Numbered from the stretch's first letter, positions 12,800 to 26,993 are shown. The stretch is 50,210 nucleotides of DNA from Eledone cirrhosa (GCA_964016885.1 CAXHJY010001570.1:1-50210), one strand, 5' to 3'. A program made the numbers and translations. The notes: generated by a model not told the origin, from the sequence alone.

Positions 12800-12940
12800 C
12801 ATTATAGTTTTTTACATCTGATTTTCCATGCTTGCATGGGTTGGACGGGTCCTTCTCAACACGACATCTCTCCACTTGTCTTGTTCCTTCATCATCTCCT
12901 CTGACAGTCTTCGTGATTTGAGGTCAGCTCTCACAACCTA
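12800..12940 (-). mobile_element. RTE LINE 3' end fragment
   Basis: Reverse complement matches 35220-35345; ends cccgtccaacccatgcaagcatggaaaa. Confidence 0.7.
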
Positions 12941-13114
12941 TATATATATATAAGCAAAGAGATGTTTAATTTGCTGGTAATTCAACAAATCTATTTATTA
13001 TAACAGATTTATTATAACTATTTATTATAACTATTTATTATAACTATCCAAATGGAACCTGAACCGTTAAGATCTGGCTTATCGGGTATGTCACTATTTA
13101 TAAAATAAATTTTG

Positions 13115-13177
13115 TATGTTATCTGATGAGAGCGTACCAAAATGTTTTAGTACCCTTGAAATATATATAATAAAATA
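13115..13177 (+). ncRNA. Type I hammerhead motif in (TA)n-flanked insert ~12953-13220
   Basis: TATGTTAT-CTGATGA-GAGCGTAC..GTACCCTT-GAAA-TATATA-TA-ATAAAATA; homologous to 13634-13745. Confidence 0.7.
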
Positions 13178-13231
13178 AATATGGTTTTATAAATATAGTT
13201 TCCATTTATTAATATCATTGATATATATAAA

Positions 13232-13295
<64 letters not shown>

Positions 13296-13380
13296 AAAGT
13301 TTTATTTAAAATTGTTGGGTTACAACGAGTAAATATTTTATAACTAATATAAAAGCACTCAACAGTTTTTGGAGTAGGTT

Positions 13381-13744
13381 TACGATATTAAACAAATGGA
13401 AACTATATTTATAAAACCATATTTATTTCATTATATATATGTCTGGGATATCATATTAAAAATATGGTATGCCTTCCTCAGACAAAATACAATATATAAG
13501 CTGTTTTATAAATAATTTTGACATACCTTATAATAATGCAACTTCCATTTAAAAAGTTGATTTGAACTTTTTAAATGGAAGTTGCATTATTATAAGGTAT
13601 GTCAAAATTATTTATAAAACAGCTTATATATTGTATTTTGTCTGAGGAAGGCATACCATATTTTTAATATGATATCCCAGAAATATATATATAACGAAAT
13701 AAATATGGTTTTATAAATATAGTTTCCATTTGTTTAATATCGTA
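13381..13744. repeat. Near-perfect palindrome with ~178-bp arms and 6-nt spacer (13559-13564)
   Basis: Direct arm-to-arm comparison shows only a few mismatches. Confidence 0.95.
13634..13701 (+). ncRNA. Type I hammerhead motif in the right arm of the palindrome (left-arm mirror has GAAA changed to GACA)
   Basis: TATTTTGT-CTGAGGA-[imperfect stem II]-GAAA-TATATATA-TA-ACGAAATA; 8-bp stem I. Confidence 0.65.
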
Positions 13745-13835
13745 TATATATATATATATATAATATATAAATATATATATTTGAACTCAGAGCACAGAAA
13801 CAACTCATTAATAAACCTCCTATATTTAAGCAGGT

Positions 13836-14064
13836 TTAACCCTTTAGCATTTACATTACTCAATATTTATTATTATATTTTCACGGTAAACACTTTACTT
13901 CATATAATTATCTCACATAATATCGAATCTATAAGATTTTGATATGATTTATTTTGAGAACACTACTTTAACATCAGTATGAGTGGCCAGTTACTGCTGG
14001 TTTGAACAGGAAGGGGTGAGAGAATTCTAGCCGGATACAGCCAGTTTAAATGTTAAAGGGTTAA
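13836..14064 (-). mobile_element. piggyBac-type MITE family A
   Basis: TTAACCCTTTA...TAAAGGGTTAA. Confidence 0.85.
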
Positions 14065-14169
14065 TGAACTTTGTTAGTTCAAAAAATGGTTAATCCATTC
14101 TGGAAACCAGGGGATGACATATTTATTTTCCCCTATATTACTAATATTCCATCTTAATTCCTCTTTTTT

Positions 14170-14520
14170 AACTTTCCTCCATTTTCCTAGACAATTTTCT
14201 CAATGGAAGCTATGCTGTCTAGATAGAAGATTCGCTTGATGCCACCCTATTATATCTTTTTTTTTTTTAGTAAGCATTGATTCTTCAAATTCAGTCAGCT
14301 GTCTTCTACTTGGTAGCATTGATTATCGATTTTATTGCTTGCTGATTTATTTATTTCCACAGGCCAATGTCTATAACATAGGTGTGAGAGTTGGGTAGCG
14401 GTGTTTCTAGTTTTATTGTAACAATTGCTTCTATGTTTCCAAATTCAGTATGGTAAGAGCTGGTTAGTGGCATGGAAAATATCATTGCTGTTGTCCTCAA
14501 GAGATGTAAGGAGTTCTTTG
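14170..14520 (-). mobile_element. Highly decayed CR1/Jockey-like reverse transcriptase fragment
   Basis: Peptides LHLLRTTAMIFSMPLT and ANLLSRQHSF resemble the LLK..A..I..PL and NLLS..QHGF motifs, in the expected order. Confidence 0.35.
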
Positions 14521-14806
14521 AAGAAAGAAAGTTTTTTTTTTTTCTTTTGCTTTTTTGCTTTTTAGATGAATTCATTCAGCATTTTTGTTCAAGAGGCCAT
14601 TGCTGTTCACTTTTCTTTTTTATTTGTTATATATTATTTTGGAGAGAGAGAAAGAGAGAAGGGGGGGGGGGGAGAAAGGTGAGGAAAGAGAAGTAGATAG
14701 AGAAAATATTACACCCTCCTTATTTAATCTACATATTTTTTTCTGACACCCCCAATTTGATATTCCACATTGCAAAGCTTTTTGGCTTTTCAGTTTGTTA
14801 TCATAG

Positions 14807-14889
<83 letters not shown>

Positions 14890-15233
14890 GGGAGGGGGCA
14901 TATATGTATGTATAATAATAATAATAATGTATATAAAAATAATAATAAATAACAAATTAAAGTAAAAAAAAAAAGAAAAATAAATACAGAACTTTAAAAA
15001 TAAATATAAAAAAACGAATACTGAATAAAATTAAATAATGTGATTAATTGAATTCAACAATGAAGCGTGTGTGTGTGTGAGGGGGAGGCTGGATGAAGAA
15101 GCGGGGGAAGGAGGGAAAAGAAAGCATTAAGAAAATAATGTCAGGGGACATATAAACAGATAGAAAAGGTTGTAGTGGGGGGGGGGGGGAGAAATTGTGA
15201 AAAGAAAATGTAATTTTGGCGATATATATATAT

Positions 15234-15268
<35 letters not shown>

Positions 15269-15612
15269 GCATGCACACGTACACAAACATATATATATAT
15301 ATTTGTGTGTGTGTGTACATATATACACATACACGTGCACATACCTGTACACTTGCACACACTCACTTGGCATTCAGTCATTTTCCTTCTGTTGTATGCT
15401 GGTGTATATATACATATATATATGGATATATATGTATATATGTGTATATATGTATGTATATATGTGTATATATTTATGTATATATGTATATATGTGTATA
15501 TATGTATGTATATGTGTATATATGTGTATATATATATATATATGCATATATATATGCGTATATATATATGTATATGCATATATATGCGTATATATATATA
15601 TGTATATATATG

Positions 15613-15645
<33 letters not shown>

Positions 15646-15698
15646 GTAGATATATGTATATGTATATATATGTATATATATGTATATGTATATATATG

Positions 15699-15731
<33 letters not shown>

Positions 15732-16063
15732 GTATATATATGTATATATATGTATATATATATATATAATGTATATACATATATATATATATATGAAATA
15801 AATCCTGTACCTTCAGTATTGAATGGATTGACTACCTTTCTTAACTGTGTCACTTTCTGTTCCCCCTAGAAAAACCACTCTTAATCATATATATATACAC
15901 ACATATATATATATATACACACACACATACACATACATATGCACACACATATACATACATATGCAAACACACTAATGCACATACATACAGATGGCTAGAT
16001 GGACACATAGTTAGCCATATCCTAGGGAAATATAAAAGTACAATAAATGAGTAACGGGCTGAG

Positions 16064-16176
<113 letters not shown>

Positions 16177-16177
16177 C

Positions 16178-16228
<51 letters not shown>

Positions 16229-16249
16229 TATTTATATATATATATATAT

Positions 16250-16336
<87 letters not shown>

Positions 16337-16343
16337 CATATAC

Positions 16344-16460
<117 letters not shown>

Positions 16461-16467
16461 CATATAA

Positions 16468-16535
<68 letters not shown>

Positions 16536-16788
16536 TATTAGTAATTCCCAGAGGAAGGGATGATGCTCCTGGCCCTTTCCAGGCCCCCCATCTACATCCA
16601 TTTTCTTTATGTATCATCAGCGACATTTTACATATGTTTTTCCATGCTTGCATGGGTTAGGGGGATTTTCTGAAGCACAGCCTCTCACAATCATTGTACT
16701 CCTATATTTATATATATATATGTGTGTGTATATATCTATATATATATATATACACACACATATAAATATATCTATATATCTATATATA

Positions 16789-16873
<85 letters not shown>

Positions 16874-16943
16874 GCACACACGTGTGAGCATCTGGGTTCA
16901 TATATATATATATATATAAACTTTTTAGATACTCATACACAAG

Positions 16944-17012
<69 letters not shown>

Positions 17013-17039
17013 CATCATCATCTAACGTCCATATATATA

Positions 17040-17077
<38 letters not shown>

Positions 17078-17109
17078 TACATATATATATATATACATAT
17101 ATACATACA

Positions 17110-17143
<34 letters not shown>

Positions 17144-17766
17144 CATACATATATACATACATATATATATATATATATACATACATATATATATATATAT
17201 ACATACATATATATATATATACATACATATATATATATATATACATACATATATATATATATACATACATATATATATATATACATACATATATATATAT
17301 ATATATACATACATATATATATATATACATACACATATATATCTATATATATATGTGTGTGTGCATATATATCTATATATATCTATATATATGTATGTAC
17401 ACATACATATGTATGTGTATGTATATATAGAGAGGGAGGGAGAAGAGAGAGAGAGTATGCAAGAGAGGGAAAGAGAGAGGGTGTGCAAGAGACAGGCTGT
17501 GTGAATGTGAGAGTGAGTAAAATGCATTGTTATGTTAATTCTAAAGAATGGTGCCATTGTGCATCTACAAGATTTTATTACACATCAGATCTAGTTTCCA
17601 ATAGACTTTTAAAGGGAGGGTAGGGGTAGTAGGAGATGGGTAGAAGTAGGAGGGGGGGATTTCATTACAGAATCAGTTGCAAATATGATATTGGAAACTC
17701 CAATAATAAATATGATAAATGGTGCTACACTAACAAGTAACAATATTACAATAAAAGAGACGAGTG

Positions 17767-17833
<67 letters not shown>

Positions 17834-18051
17834 TATCTCTTTCCTCCCTCCACCATAGTTGGTATTGTGAACAACAAATGTTAGAGAGAGTGTGCTGGTG
17901 GTGGGAGGAGAGGAGAGAGGAGCAAAAATATAATAGCTTTGGTCCTTTATACTGGTTACAACTACCACTACTACTACTACTACTACTACTTACACTACTA
18001 CTACTACTACTACTACTACTTACACCACCACTGTATTAGTAGAGTGTATTG

Positions 18052-18245
18052 GACGGTGGATTGGCAGTATCGGTAGAGGGTCGGACGCCATGCCATCCAG
18101 CATAGAGTTACGCCCCTTTATGGTCTGAGTTCAAATCCCGTCGAGGTTAACTTTGCCTTTCATCCTTACGGGGTCGATACAATAAAGTACCAGTAATGCA
18201 CTGGGTAATTGCTGGCCTTGTGCCCAAAGTAGAAACAATTATTAC
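18052..18245 (+). mobile_element. SINE family 2
   Basis: Full head-to-tail match with other copies. Confidence 0.85.
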
Positions 18246-18410
18246 TACTACCACCACCACCACTAATATTATTACTGCTACCACTACTATTACTATTAAC
18301 ATTACTACTACTACTACTACCACCACTTCTACTACTAACACTACTACTACTTCCACCACCCTCCCACCACTTCTACTCTTCACACTTTCACCACTATTAA
18401 TACTTTAGTG

Positions 18411-18804
18411 AAGGCACATGGCTTAGTGGTTAGAGCATCGGGCTTGCAATCGAAAGGTTGTGAGTTCAATTCTCAGACCAGGTGATGTGTTGTTTCCTTG
18501 AGCAAGACACTTTATTTCACATTGCTCCAGTTTACTCAGCTGTAGAAATGAAATGATAGGGACTGGGGTCCCTATCATTTCACTGTAAAGTGGTCGTGGA
18601 GGTGCCACGGCAAAAAAGCACCCAGCACTCACTGTAAATGAGGTTGGTGTAAGGAAGGGCATCCAGCTGTAGAAATCAAGCCAAAATCAGTTCCCATATG
18701 AGCAAGACAAGGTCAGCCGACTGGACACTGCTCACAACAGCACAACCCGTCTAACCCATGCTAGCGTGGAAGAACGGATGTAAAACAGTGATGATGATGA
18801 TGAT
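18411..18804 (+). mobile_element. SINE family 1 (long-tail variant)
   Basis: Full copy ending in (GAT)n. Confidence 0.9.
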
Positions 18805-19059
18805 ACTATCACAGCTACTACAACATCTACAATAGGACAACTACTCTTACTCCAACTAATGTGGTAGGTGATGGCAACCTTCATCTTGTCCACCCTCTAT
18901 GGAATTTATTCTACCTAAAACCGTGGCTCGATATATGCTTAAAACACGCTTGATATATGAACATTGCTCAATATATGTTCAATACGTGTTCGATATATGC
19001 ACACCTGGTACAATCAACTTGCTTTGCTGTCAAAATCCTTTTGATCCTGACTCACATGA

Positions 19060-19280
19060 GTCATCACCCCAATGGCTCTTCTAAGGGCCAACCTTCTCGA
19101 CACATCAGGAAAACTCTATGTATCCTACAGATCAAGGCAGAAGGTATGTCAAGTGCGACATGCAGCTACCTGGCTAAAACAGTGAAAAATCTTGACATTG
19201 ATGTTATATTAGTACAGGAAACCCACATTGGTGATGTCGAGAGATGTTCTAAGTTTCGCGGTTATGGGTACATCTATTAA
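19060..19280 (+). mobile_element. LINE apurinic-endonuclease N-terminal fragment, Vingi/Ingi-like
   Basis: GSSKGQ...LCILQIKAEGMS...DIDVILVQETH matches APE motifs I-II; truncated where a family-2 SINE (19282-19475, minus) begins. Confidence 0.7.
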
Positions 19281-19849
19281 GGGTTTCTAATTGAGGCACA
19301 AGGCCAGCAATTAACGGGCGAAGGGGAAGTTAATTAAATTGACCCCCCCAGGGATTAATTTGTACTTTATATCTTATCAATACCAAATAGATAAAAGGGA
19401 AAGTTGACCTCTGTAGGATTTGAACTCAGAACATCAAGAATCAGAACAAATGCTCTAATAATTCTGCCAATCCACCACCAGCACCACCCCCTTTTAATTG
19501 TTTCTAATTTGGGTACAAAACCAATAATTTGTATGTGGTTGTAGAGGGGTGCGGAGTTATTTAAGGAAACCCCCAATAGTATAATGGTACCTTATCTATC
19601 AACCTCAGAAGCTTAGAAAGCAAAACTGACCTTGGTGGCATTTGTTTAAACTCAAAATGGACACAAATACAGGAAAACACTTTATCTACCACTCAAATAA
19701 TTCTGCTAGGAAAATAGAAAAACCTCAAAACCTTTAATGGAAACTTTATATTCAGAGATACTTATGTTTTAACTCCTACCATGATGTTCTTTCATCTCAT
19801 TTTGGAGTCGAAAAATCTTCTCCTGCACCCACTTATTCCTGAGAGGGCC

Positions 19850-20010
19850 ATGGGGGCAGAGTCCTGAAACACCACTCCAACAGATCTGGCTGGACCCCCA
19901 AGCAAGACCAGCCAAGCTCAAGGATTTATTATGCAAACATCTTGTTCGGGGTCTACCCCTGAGTCTTCTGCTGGTTGGTTTTTGCCCGTAAAATCCAGTG
20001 ATTCTTTCCT
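19850..20010 (-). mobile_element. RTE-like LINE 3' fragment
   Basis: KPTSRRLRGRPRTRCL motif. Confidence 0.55.
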
Positions 20011-21025
20011 GAAACATTCTAATGAGAAGTTGATAGTATGGGAGCTGATAACTCTTGGCTCTACCTGGAGCGACTCTCTGATTACCATGCTATACACTCT
20101 AATGTTTTCCTACGTTCTGAGTTCAAATCCCACTGAGGCCAACTTTGCCTTTCATTCTCCCAGGGTCGATAAAATAAACAGTTAAGTACTGGAGTCAATA
20201 TAATTGACTTTCCCTTTCCCTAAATTGTTGTCCTTATGCCGATTCTAGAGAGAATTATTACATACATACATACATATTTACACATATTCCCCCAAAAATA
20301 TCTGGACACATGGTGACATTCATACACACATACCTCATACACAATCACACTCCTCACTGAGTGTGTATGTGTGTGTGTGCATGTGTGTGCATGCATCCAT
20401 ATGGGTGTACAAACACACACCCATATTAAAGATATAACTCACTATACACATACACACACACATATATATATATATACTTTACTGGTGTAAATGCCATGCA
20501 AAATTTGCAAAGAATACAAATGTTACATTGTAAAGTTGACAGTAAATAATATTCTAACCATAACAAAATAAAGCAACAACAACAACAGCAGCAGCAACAA
20601 CGACAATGTCATATATTTGGTACTCTACCAACATAGGATACAAAGTGTTGATGTTAAGATGTTAATTGGGTGAAAAAGAACAAATATTAAACAGAAGAAA
20701 ATATACACAGCATACAAAGGTATGTGATCCACCACCCACAAAGGAAGACTGCTACCCCAGGCCAATAAAAGAACCCCAAATCACACAAAAACCAATCAAT
20801 TAATTATCATCATCATCATCATTATCATGGTTTAACATCCAATTTATAGGGTGGCGTGATACGGGCAGGATTTCAGTGTTTGTGACATGGCTGATCTCAA
20901 TATATGACTAATTACACTTTGAGAAATACATGTTCTATTTCTATTGAACTGTACACTGCACATTGGGCAAATGTCTTTTACTATAGCAACGTGTCACACC
21001 AATGTATTGTCAGTGAAATAGAGAA

Positions 21026-21238
21026 ACAGAGACTGTGAAAGCCAGTTGAACTATCCCTGTTTGAGAGCTGTAAACCTAAACCATTACGAGGTGGTTAAAC
21101 AGAAACTGTGAAAGCCAGTTGAACTATCCCTGTTTGAGAGCTGTAAACCTAAACCATTACCAGGTGGTTAAACAGAAACTGTGAAAGCCAGTTAGACTGC
21201 ACCTGTTTGAGGGCTGTAAACATAATCCATCACCAGGT
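21026..21238 (+). repeat. 73-bp tandem repeat, 3 copies
   Basis: acaga(a/g)actgtgaaagccagtt at 21026, 21099 and 21172. Confidence 0.9.
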
Positions 21239-21473
21239 TTAACCCTTTAGTCACCAACACAGCCAAAACCAGTTCTGGTTCTATGAAATAAAACCACCCA
21301 TTTTAAAGTTTTTCAATTTAAATTATAACCTTCCAACATAACTTTACATAAGATCCTACATTAACTTACTATCTTAGTAATGAAATAATAATTTTAGTAA
21401 ATCCCTCAAAATTCTTCATTAATTAATTAAAATAGAGTGTATTTCATTAGAAATGTTGTAATGAAAGGGTGAA
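21239..21473 (+). mobile_element. piggyBac-type MITE family B
   Basis: TTAACCCTTT start, AAAGGGTGAA end, homologous to 10339-10915. Confidence 0.8.
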
Positions 21474-21726
21474 AACTAACAGCCTTGACTGAAAAGACAT
21501 GATCAAAAGTTCTCTACTCATGACCATCCAACCTATTTCATAGGCATTGTATATCTACAGTATTGTTCTAAAGCAGCAGTTGGTTGCCAACACAAGACAT
21601 TTTCAGCACATTGGTATCCCAAACAGTAGTTCCTTCTAAGTTTCACTTATACACAGCATTGCAGCAACCATAACACATGTATATGTATGCATACAGGAAG
21701 ATTAACAAAGTATTAGGTAATATGTT

Positions 21727-22010
21727 CAGGGTCGGATTTAGACCTTGGGGGGCTCGGGGCACTCACTAAAAAAATTAGAATACACAGAATACACAGCAAC
21801 CCTCTACTCTGGTGCAAGTAATTGGAATTGAAAAGTTATACATGCAGGTATTAAATTCAAAAATTCTAACCATCCTAAAACTAAAAAGCCCAGCTGAGGG
21901 TACAAATAAGTTGCTACGGCCATCGCTGGTGCCTCCACGCTACCTCCACACACACACTGTAGTGGGCCTGAGGCAATTGCCTCCTTTGGCCCCCATTAAA
22001 TCCGGCCCTG
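21727..22010. mobile_element. hAT-like MITE
   Basis: Terminal inverted repeats CAGGGTCGGATTTA / TAAATCCGGCCCTG; target-site duplication not recognisable. Confidence 0.7.
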
Positions 22011-22294
22011 GTTATCTCAGTTATTAAATCACATGGTGTATCAGTAGTGTATCATTAAAACAAAAACAGATACAAATAAAGTAGATACTTCTTTTTTAAA
22101 TTTAACTTTTTGAAAAGACGCAGCACAATTATTTGGCCCAAGAGATTTTCAAGCCAATCCTATGACTGCTCATAGATACCATGAGTTGTGCATCTGCCCA
22201 CCATCATCAGATGGTACACCACCTGTAAACTTGTTAGTATCATACATGAATCCCTCTTTACATTGAATAAAGCATGAAAACTAAAACATTTACT

Positions 22295-22600
22295 GCATCA
22301 TCATCATCATCATCTTCGTTTAATGTCTATCTTCCACGCTAGCATGGGTTAGACGGGAGTTGTCCCACTTGAGGCAAGGTTGGTCGGGTGACCGTGTCTC
22401 GCTCATATAGGACTATCTGGCAGGTTTTCTACGGCTGGATGTCCTTCCTAACACCAACCACATTTACAGTGTGGAACTGGGAACTTTTTACCGTGTTACC
22501 TACACGGCCACATTGTGTGTTTTTTTGTCTTGACACTTACACGATCTCGATCTCATTATCTCATTTATTTGGACTGGATGTTGTGGTACCAACTTTACAG
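22295..22600 (-). mobile_element. 3' part of family-1-related SINE
   Basis: Reverse complement similar to 12470-12785. Confidence 0.7.
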
Positions 22601-23515
22601 AGAGAGTTGGTGGGAGTGGGAGGATGGGGTAGGGGTAGTGGATTTGGGTGTATATTTGGTTAAGAGGTGCCTACTGACTGTAGGTTTCGCTTTGTACATA
22701 GACAAGGCGGGTCTTCTGTATTACTGCGTAGCGCCGTATGTATGTGAATACGCGTGTGTATATGTGTGTACATGTGTGTGTGAATACATGAGTGTGTGTG
22801 TACATGTGTAATAAAACATAGTCATGCCACAGATTGAATGTTGGTTATATAACCAAAGCTGTCTGCCAAACAAGCAGAAGAACAAAAAAACAAAAAAAAA
22901 TGAAATGAAAACTGGTGAATTCTTTAATCTTCATCAGTTTCCATATAATTATTCTGTTCCATTGAGATATAGCAACCTGAAAGCTACATGCATAGAACAT
23001 TGATGTTTAGTTTACATATGTGGCCTACCTAATTTACATTTTCCTACAAGCTTGATATTTTTTAAAGGCCCACATCAGTCACAAATGACCATGGTTTTGC
23101 ACCTAGAAAGTTTCCCACAGAGGCACAAGCCTGGGTAAGGTTTATTTGTCCAAGGGAAAGGCAATGGTCAATACAACTTGGCACCAGTGACGTCAAACTC
23201 ATTTCTACAGCTCAGGGAACTGGAGCAACGTGAAATAAAGTGTCTTGCGCAAGGACACAAGGCATCACCTGGTCCGAGAATCAAACTCACAACCTGTCAA
23301 TTGTCAAAAACCTGTCAAAAACCCAATGCTCTAGCTTCACACTAGTTTAATAACTGTTAAACATGTTTAACAGCCACCAGACTATGAGCAAAAATGTAAA
23401 TTAGATAAATCCAATGAGTAAGGCAACTTACATAACTGTGCCAGTTTGGCAATTGCTAAAAATTCTCTCTTTTACGTCAGAGAAAACATAAAATCTTTAA
23501 ATATTCGGTATTTTG

Positions 23516-23546
<31 letters not shown>

Positions 23547-23689
23547 CACACATGTTTGAAGTGTATATGTATGTGTTTGAAATATATACATAAACCCATG
23601 TTAGCGTGGAAGATAGCCGTTAAACGATGATATATATATATTTGAAATATACACATATATATATATATATATATATACATACATATACA

Positions 23690-24032
23690 TGGAGGCACAT
23701 GGCTTAGTGGTTAGAGCATTGGCCTTGCAATCGAAAGGTTGTGAGTTCAATTCTCAGACTGGATGATGTGTTGTTTCCTTGAGCAAGATACTTTATTTCA
23801 CATTGCTCCGGTTTACTCAGCTGTAGAAATGAGATAATAGGGACTGGGGTCCCTATCATTCCACTGCAAAGTGGTCGTGGAGGTGCCACGGCAAAAAGAA
23901 AAGCACCCAGCACTCACTGTAAACGAGGTTGGTGTTAGGAAGGGAATCCAGCTGTAGAAATCAAGCCAGAATCAGTTCCCGTCCCACCCTGGCAAGCAGG
24001 GAAAAGTGGACGTAAAATGAAATGATGATGAT
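23690..24032 (+). mobile_element. SINE family 1 (short-tail variant)
   Basis: Full copy inside (TA)-rich DNA. Confidence 0.9.
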
Positions 24033-24494
24033 ATGTTTGAAATATATATATATATATATATATATAGGTTTGAAATATATACACATATATATATATGTTT
24101 GAAATATATACACATACATATATATATGTTTGAAATATATACATATATATATCTACCCTCCTAACCCATGCTACCGTGGAAGATGGACATTAAACGATGA
24201 TGATGATGATGATATATATATATATTTCAAACATATATATATATATATGTGTGTATGTTTGAAATATATACATACATACACACTCATATATATATATATA
24301 TATATATGTATGTATTAGTGTGTTTGAAATAAATACATACACATATATATATATATATGTGTATGTATTTATTTATATATATGTGTATCTATGTGTATGT
24401 ATGTATTTATACATCAAATACTGAATATGAGATTATGTAGTAACTCACCAATAAGATTGTTTATTTGAAACATAATTGACTCATCATTGGAAAT

Positions 24495-25085
24495 ACACAC
24501 CACAACATATGTACACATACACACCGCATATATACACATACACATACACACCACATATATACACATACATATACACACCACATATACACACATACATATA
24601 CACACCACATATATACACATACATATATACACCACACATATGTACACATACATATACACACCACATATATACACATACATACCACACATATACACATACA
24701 TATATACACCACACCTATGTACACATACATATACACACCACATATATACACATATATATACACACCACATATATGTACACATACATATACACACCACATA
24801 TATACACGTACATATATACACCACATATATACGCATACATATATACACCACACATATGTACACCACATATATACACATACATATATGTACACATACATAT
24901 ACACACCACATATATACACATACATATACACACCACATATATACACATACATATACACACTACTTATATACACATACATATACACACAACATATGTACAC
25001 ATACATATACACACCACACATATATACACATACATACACACACCACACATATGTACACATACATATACACACCACATATGCATAC
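24495..25085. repeat. CA/TA-derived minisatellite (~26-30 bp, acatacatatacacaccacatatat)
   Basis: About 20 recurrences of cacaccacat. Confidence 0.85.
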
Positions 25086-25109
25086 GTACATAAAAGTAAA
25101 ACAAGCTCT

Positions 25110-25140
<31 letters not shown>

Positions 25141-25544
25141 GTAAGTACACCTATAATACATATGTATTGTATACTTATATATATACATATATATATATAT
25201 ATACATATATACATATATATATATCCATACATATATATATACATATATCTATATACACACATATATATATATACACACACATATATATATACACACACAT
25301 ATATATACACACATACACATATAAACAATGAATCATTATTGTACATTAGAAGAAAGAAGTTTCTAGTATAAGGAGGAACAGGACAACATTTGATAAATAC
25401 TTAACAGCAACAACTGCACAAATAAACAGAAATCAGGCAAAATAAGATAAATAAATAAAGAAGACTAATTGTCATGTGTGTATGTTTGTATATGTGCCTA
25501 TGTGTGTATGTGTGTATGTGTGCACATGTATGTGTTTGTATCAG

Positions 25545-25812
25545 TGTGTGCAAAAAGACCTGCAGTTCAATCTCTGGTCTTAAAAGGTACATATGAGAGT
25601 ACATAAGGACAATGTCCCACAAACTGTCCCAATCAATCCAATAGAGGGCACATCTTTTGGTTGTCACACTTGCTGCAGACCATGCGAGTCTGAAGCTGGA
25701 CTTAAAAGCCACCAGCTAAGAGGTCATGAATGGACATTTGGAGTTGATGACGGTTGATGGGGTCTGCACAGGGAGATGGCAATCATCTGCAAAGGTGAAG
25801 CAATCACCATGT
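25545..25812 (+). mobile_element. LINE 3' zinc-finger relic (RTE-like)
   Basis: CKKTCSSISGLKR and CHTCCRPCESEAGLKSH with stops; same type as 3075-3155. Confidence 0.5.
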
Positions 25813-26026
25813 GTTTGTTTGCTTCTGTATGTGTGTGTGTGTGTTTTTGTTTGTGTATGTGTGTGTGTCTGTGTTTTGATGAAAGACAAAAAATGAGATT
25901 ATGAAGAAGACTGAAGAAAACTGAAACAAAGAAGAAGAAAAAAAAGGGACAAGAACCAAAATGAACGAAGATTTGATAACATCCTTACTTAGATACAGAA
26001 TATTAATAAAAAAAAATTCATCTTAC

Positions 26027-26068
26027 CTTGACTCTGGCCCAGGATTCTCAGAATACCAATCACCAAGT
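26027..26068 (-). CDS. Putative 42-nt exon (phase 1 to 1 reading LVIGILRILGQSQ; frame uncertain)
   Basis: attatttcag| acceptor and AAG|gtaaga donor. Confidence 0.5.
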
Positions 26069-26154
26069 CTGAAATAATATTGAACTCAAAGTTTTTCAAA
26101 ACCAGATATTAAAAGAGGGGAATAAAACAGACAGAATGAATGATGAAATCTTAC

Positions 26155-26212
26155 CAATAACTGTGATGCAGCCGTCAATATTAAAAGGAATAAAACCAAC
26201 AGTAGAACTTAC
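26155..26212 (-). CDS. Putative 58-nt exon beginning with GTAAGT (phase 0 to 1 reading VSSTVGFIPFNIDGCITVI; may be non-coding)
   Basis: ttttttctgtttctcttttag| acceptor, TTG|gtaaga donor, 86-nt intron to the next exon. Confidence 0.45.
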
Positions 26213-26319
26213 CTAAAAGAGAAACAGAAAAAAAGAATTAACCATTTAATATCACTGTTAAAAATAATACTACAAAAAATGTCTTTTATTTATAAATTTA
26301 CAATAATATATCATTACTG

Positions 26320-26993
26320 TTAACACAAACTCTTTCATGACCACATTTCTTAATTGAGGAATAATTTGAGGAATTTACTAAAATTATTAATTATTTCGCT
26401 CCAGTATATTTTTTATCAGTGAGCTGCTTGCTCTACATTACCAGACTTAAACCAATTACATCAATTGTCAAGTCAAGAGTACTCAAACTATACGGTGATA
26501 TAAAACTTGTGGTGTGAGTAGGTTATGCCTGCACGGAAGGTTGGCTGGTAAGAGAAGCAGACGCTGGCAGCCAAAATGATGGCTTGATAATGTCAACTTT
26601 CAACTCTGCTGCTGGTGATCGAACTTTGTGGAGAAAAATATCAAATGTTGATGCGCAGTCTGCAACTGTCGGAGTTTAGCGAAGAAGAGAGATATTTTTT
26701 ATATTTCTATAATTAATTCAACTGATAATCAATGTTTAAATATAAATATAGTATCTCAGAGTTATTTCATCACACAACTGTGACATCATCAGTGATGTTC
26801 TATGTTTCCTCCCATTGTATTCTTGTAATGTTTTCTTCTTGATTATTTCATTACTAAGATAGTAACTTAATGTAAGGTTCTTATATAAAATTATGTTAGA
26901 AGATTTTAATTTAAATTGGAAACCTTTAAAATGGGTGATTTTGTTTCATAGGACTAGAGCCGGCTTTGGCCAGGTTGGTAACTAAAGGGTTAA
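26320..26993 (-). mobile_element. MITE family B split by a ~450-bp insertion
   Basis: Halves at ~26320-26398 and ~26845-26993, ending AAAGGGTTAA. Confidence 0.65.
26420..26690 (+). mobile_element. RTE LINE 3' fragment nested in MITE B
   Basis: KPITSIVKSRVLKLYGDIK..LHGRLAGKRSRR..WLDNV..AGDRTLWRKI. Confidence 0.7.

Noticed and set aside
13381-13744. Palindromes as amplification or assembly chimeras
   Set aside because: Arms carry mismatches of varying degree and recur at element ends with a common layout; read-level confirmation is still advisable.
26027-26068. Alternative frame LGDWYSENPGP resembling a 2A ribosomal-skip motif
   Set aside because: Does not fit D(V/I)ExNPGP and is not phase-compatible with the neighbouring exon model.
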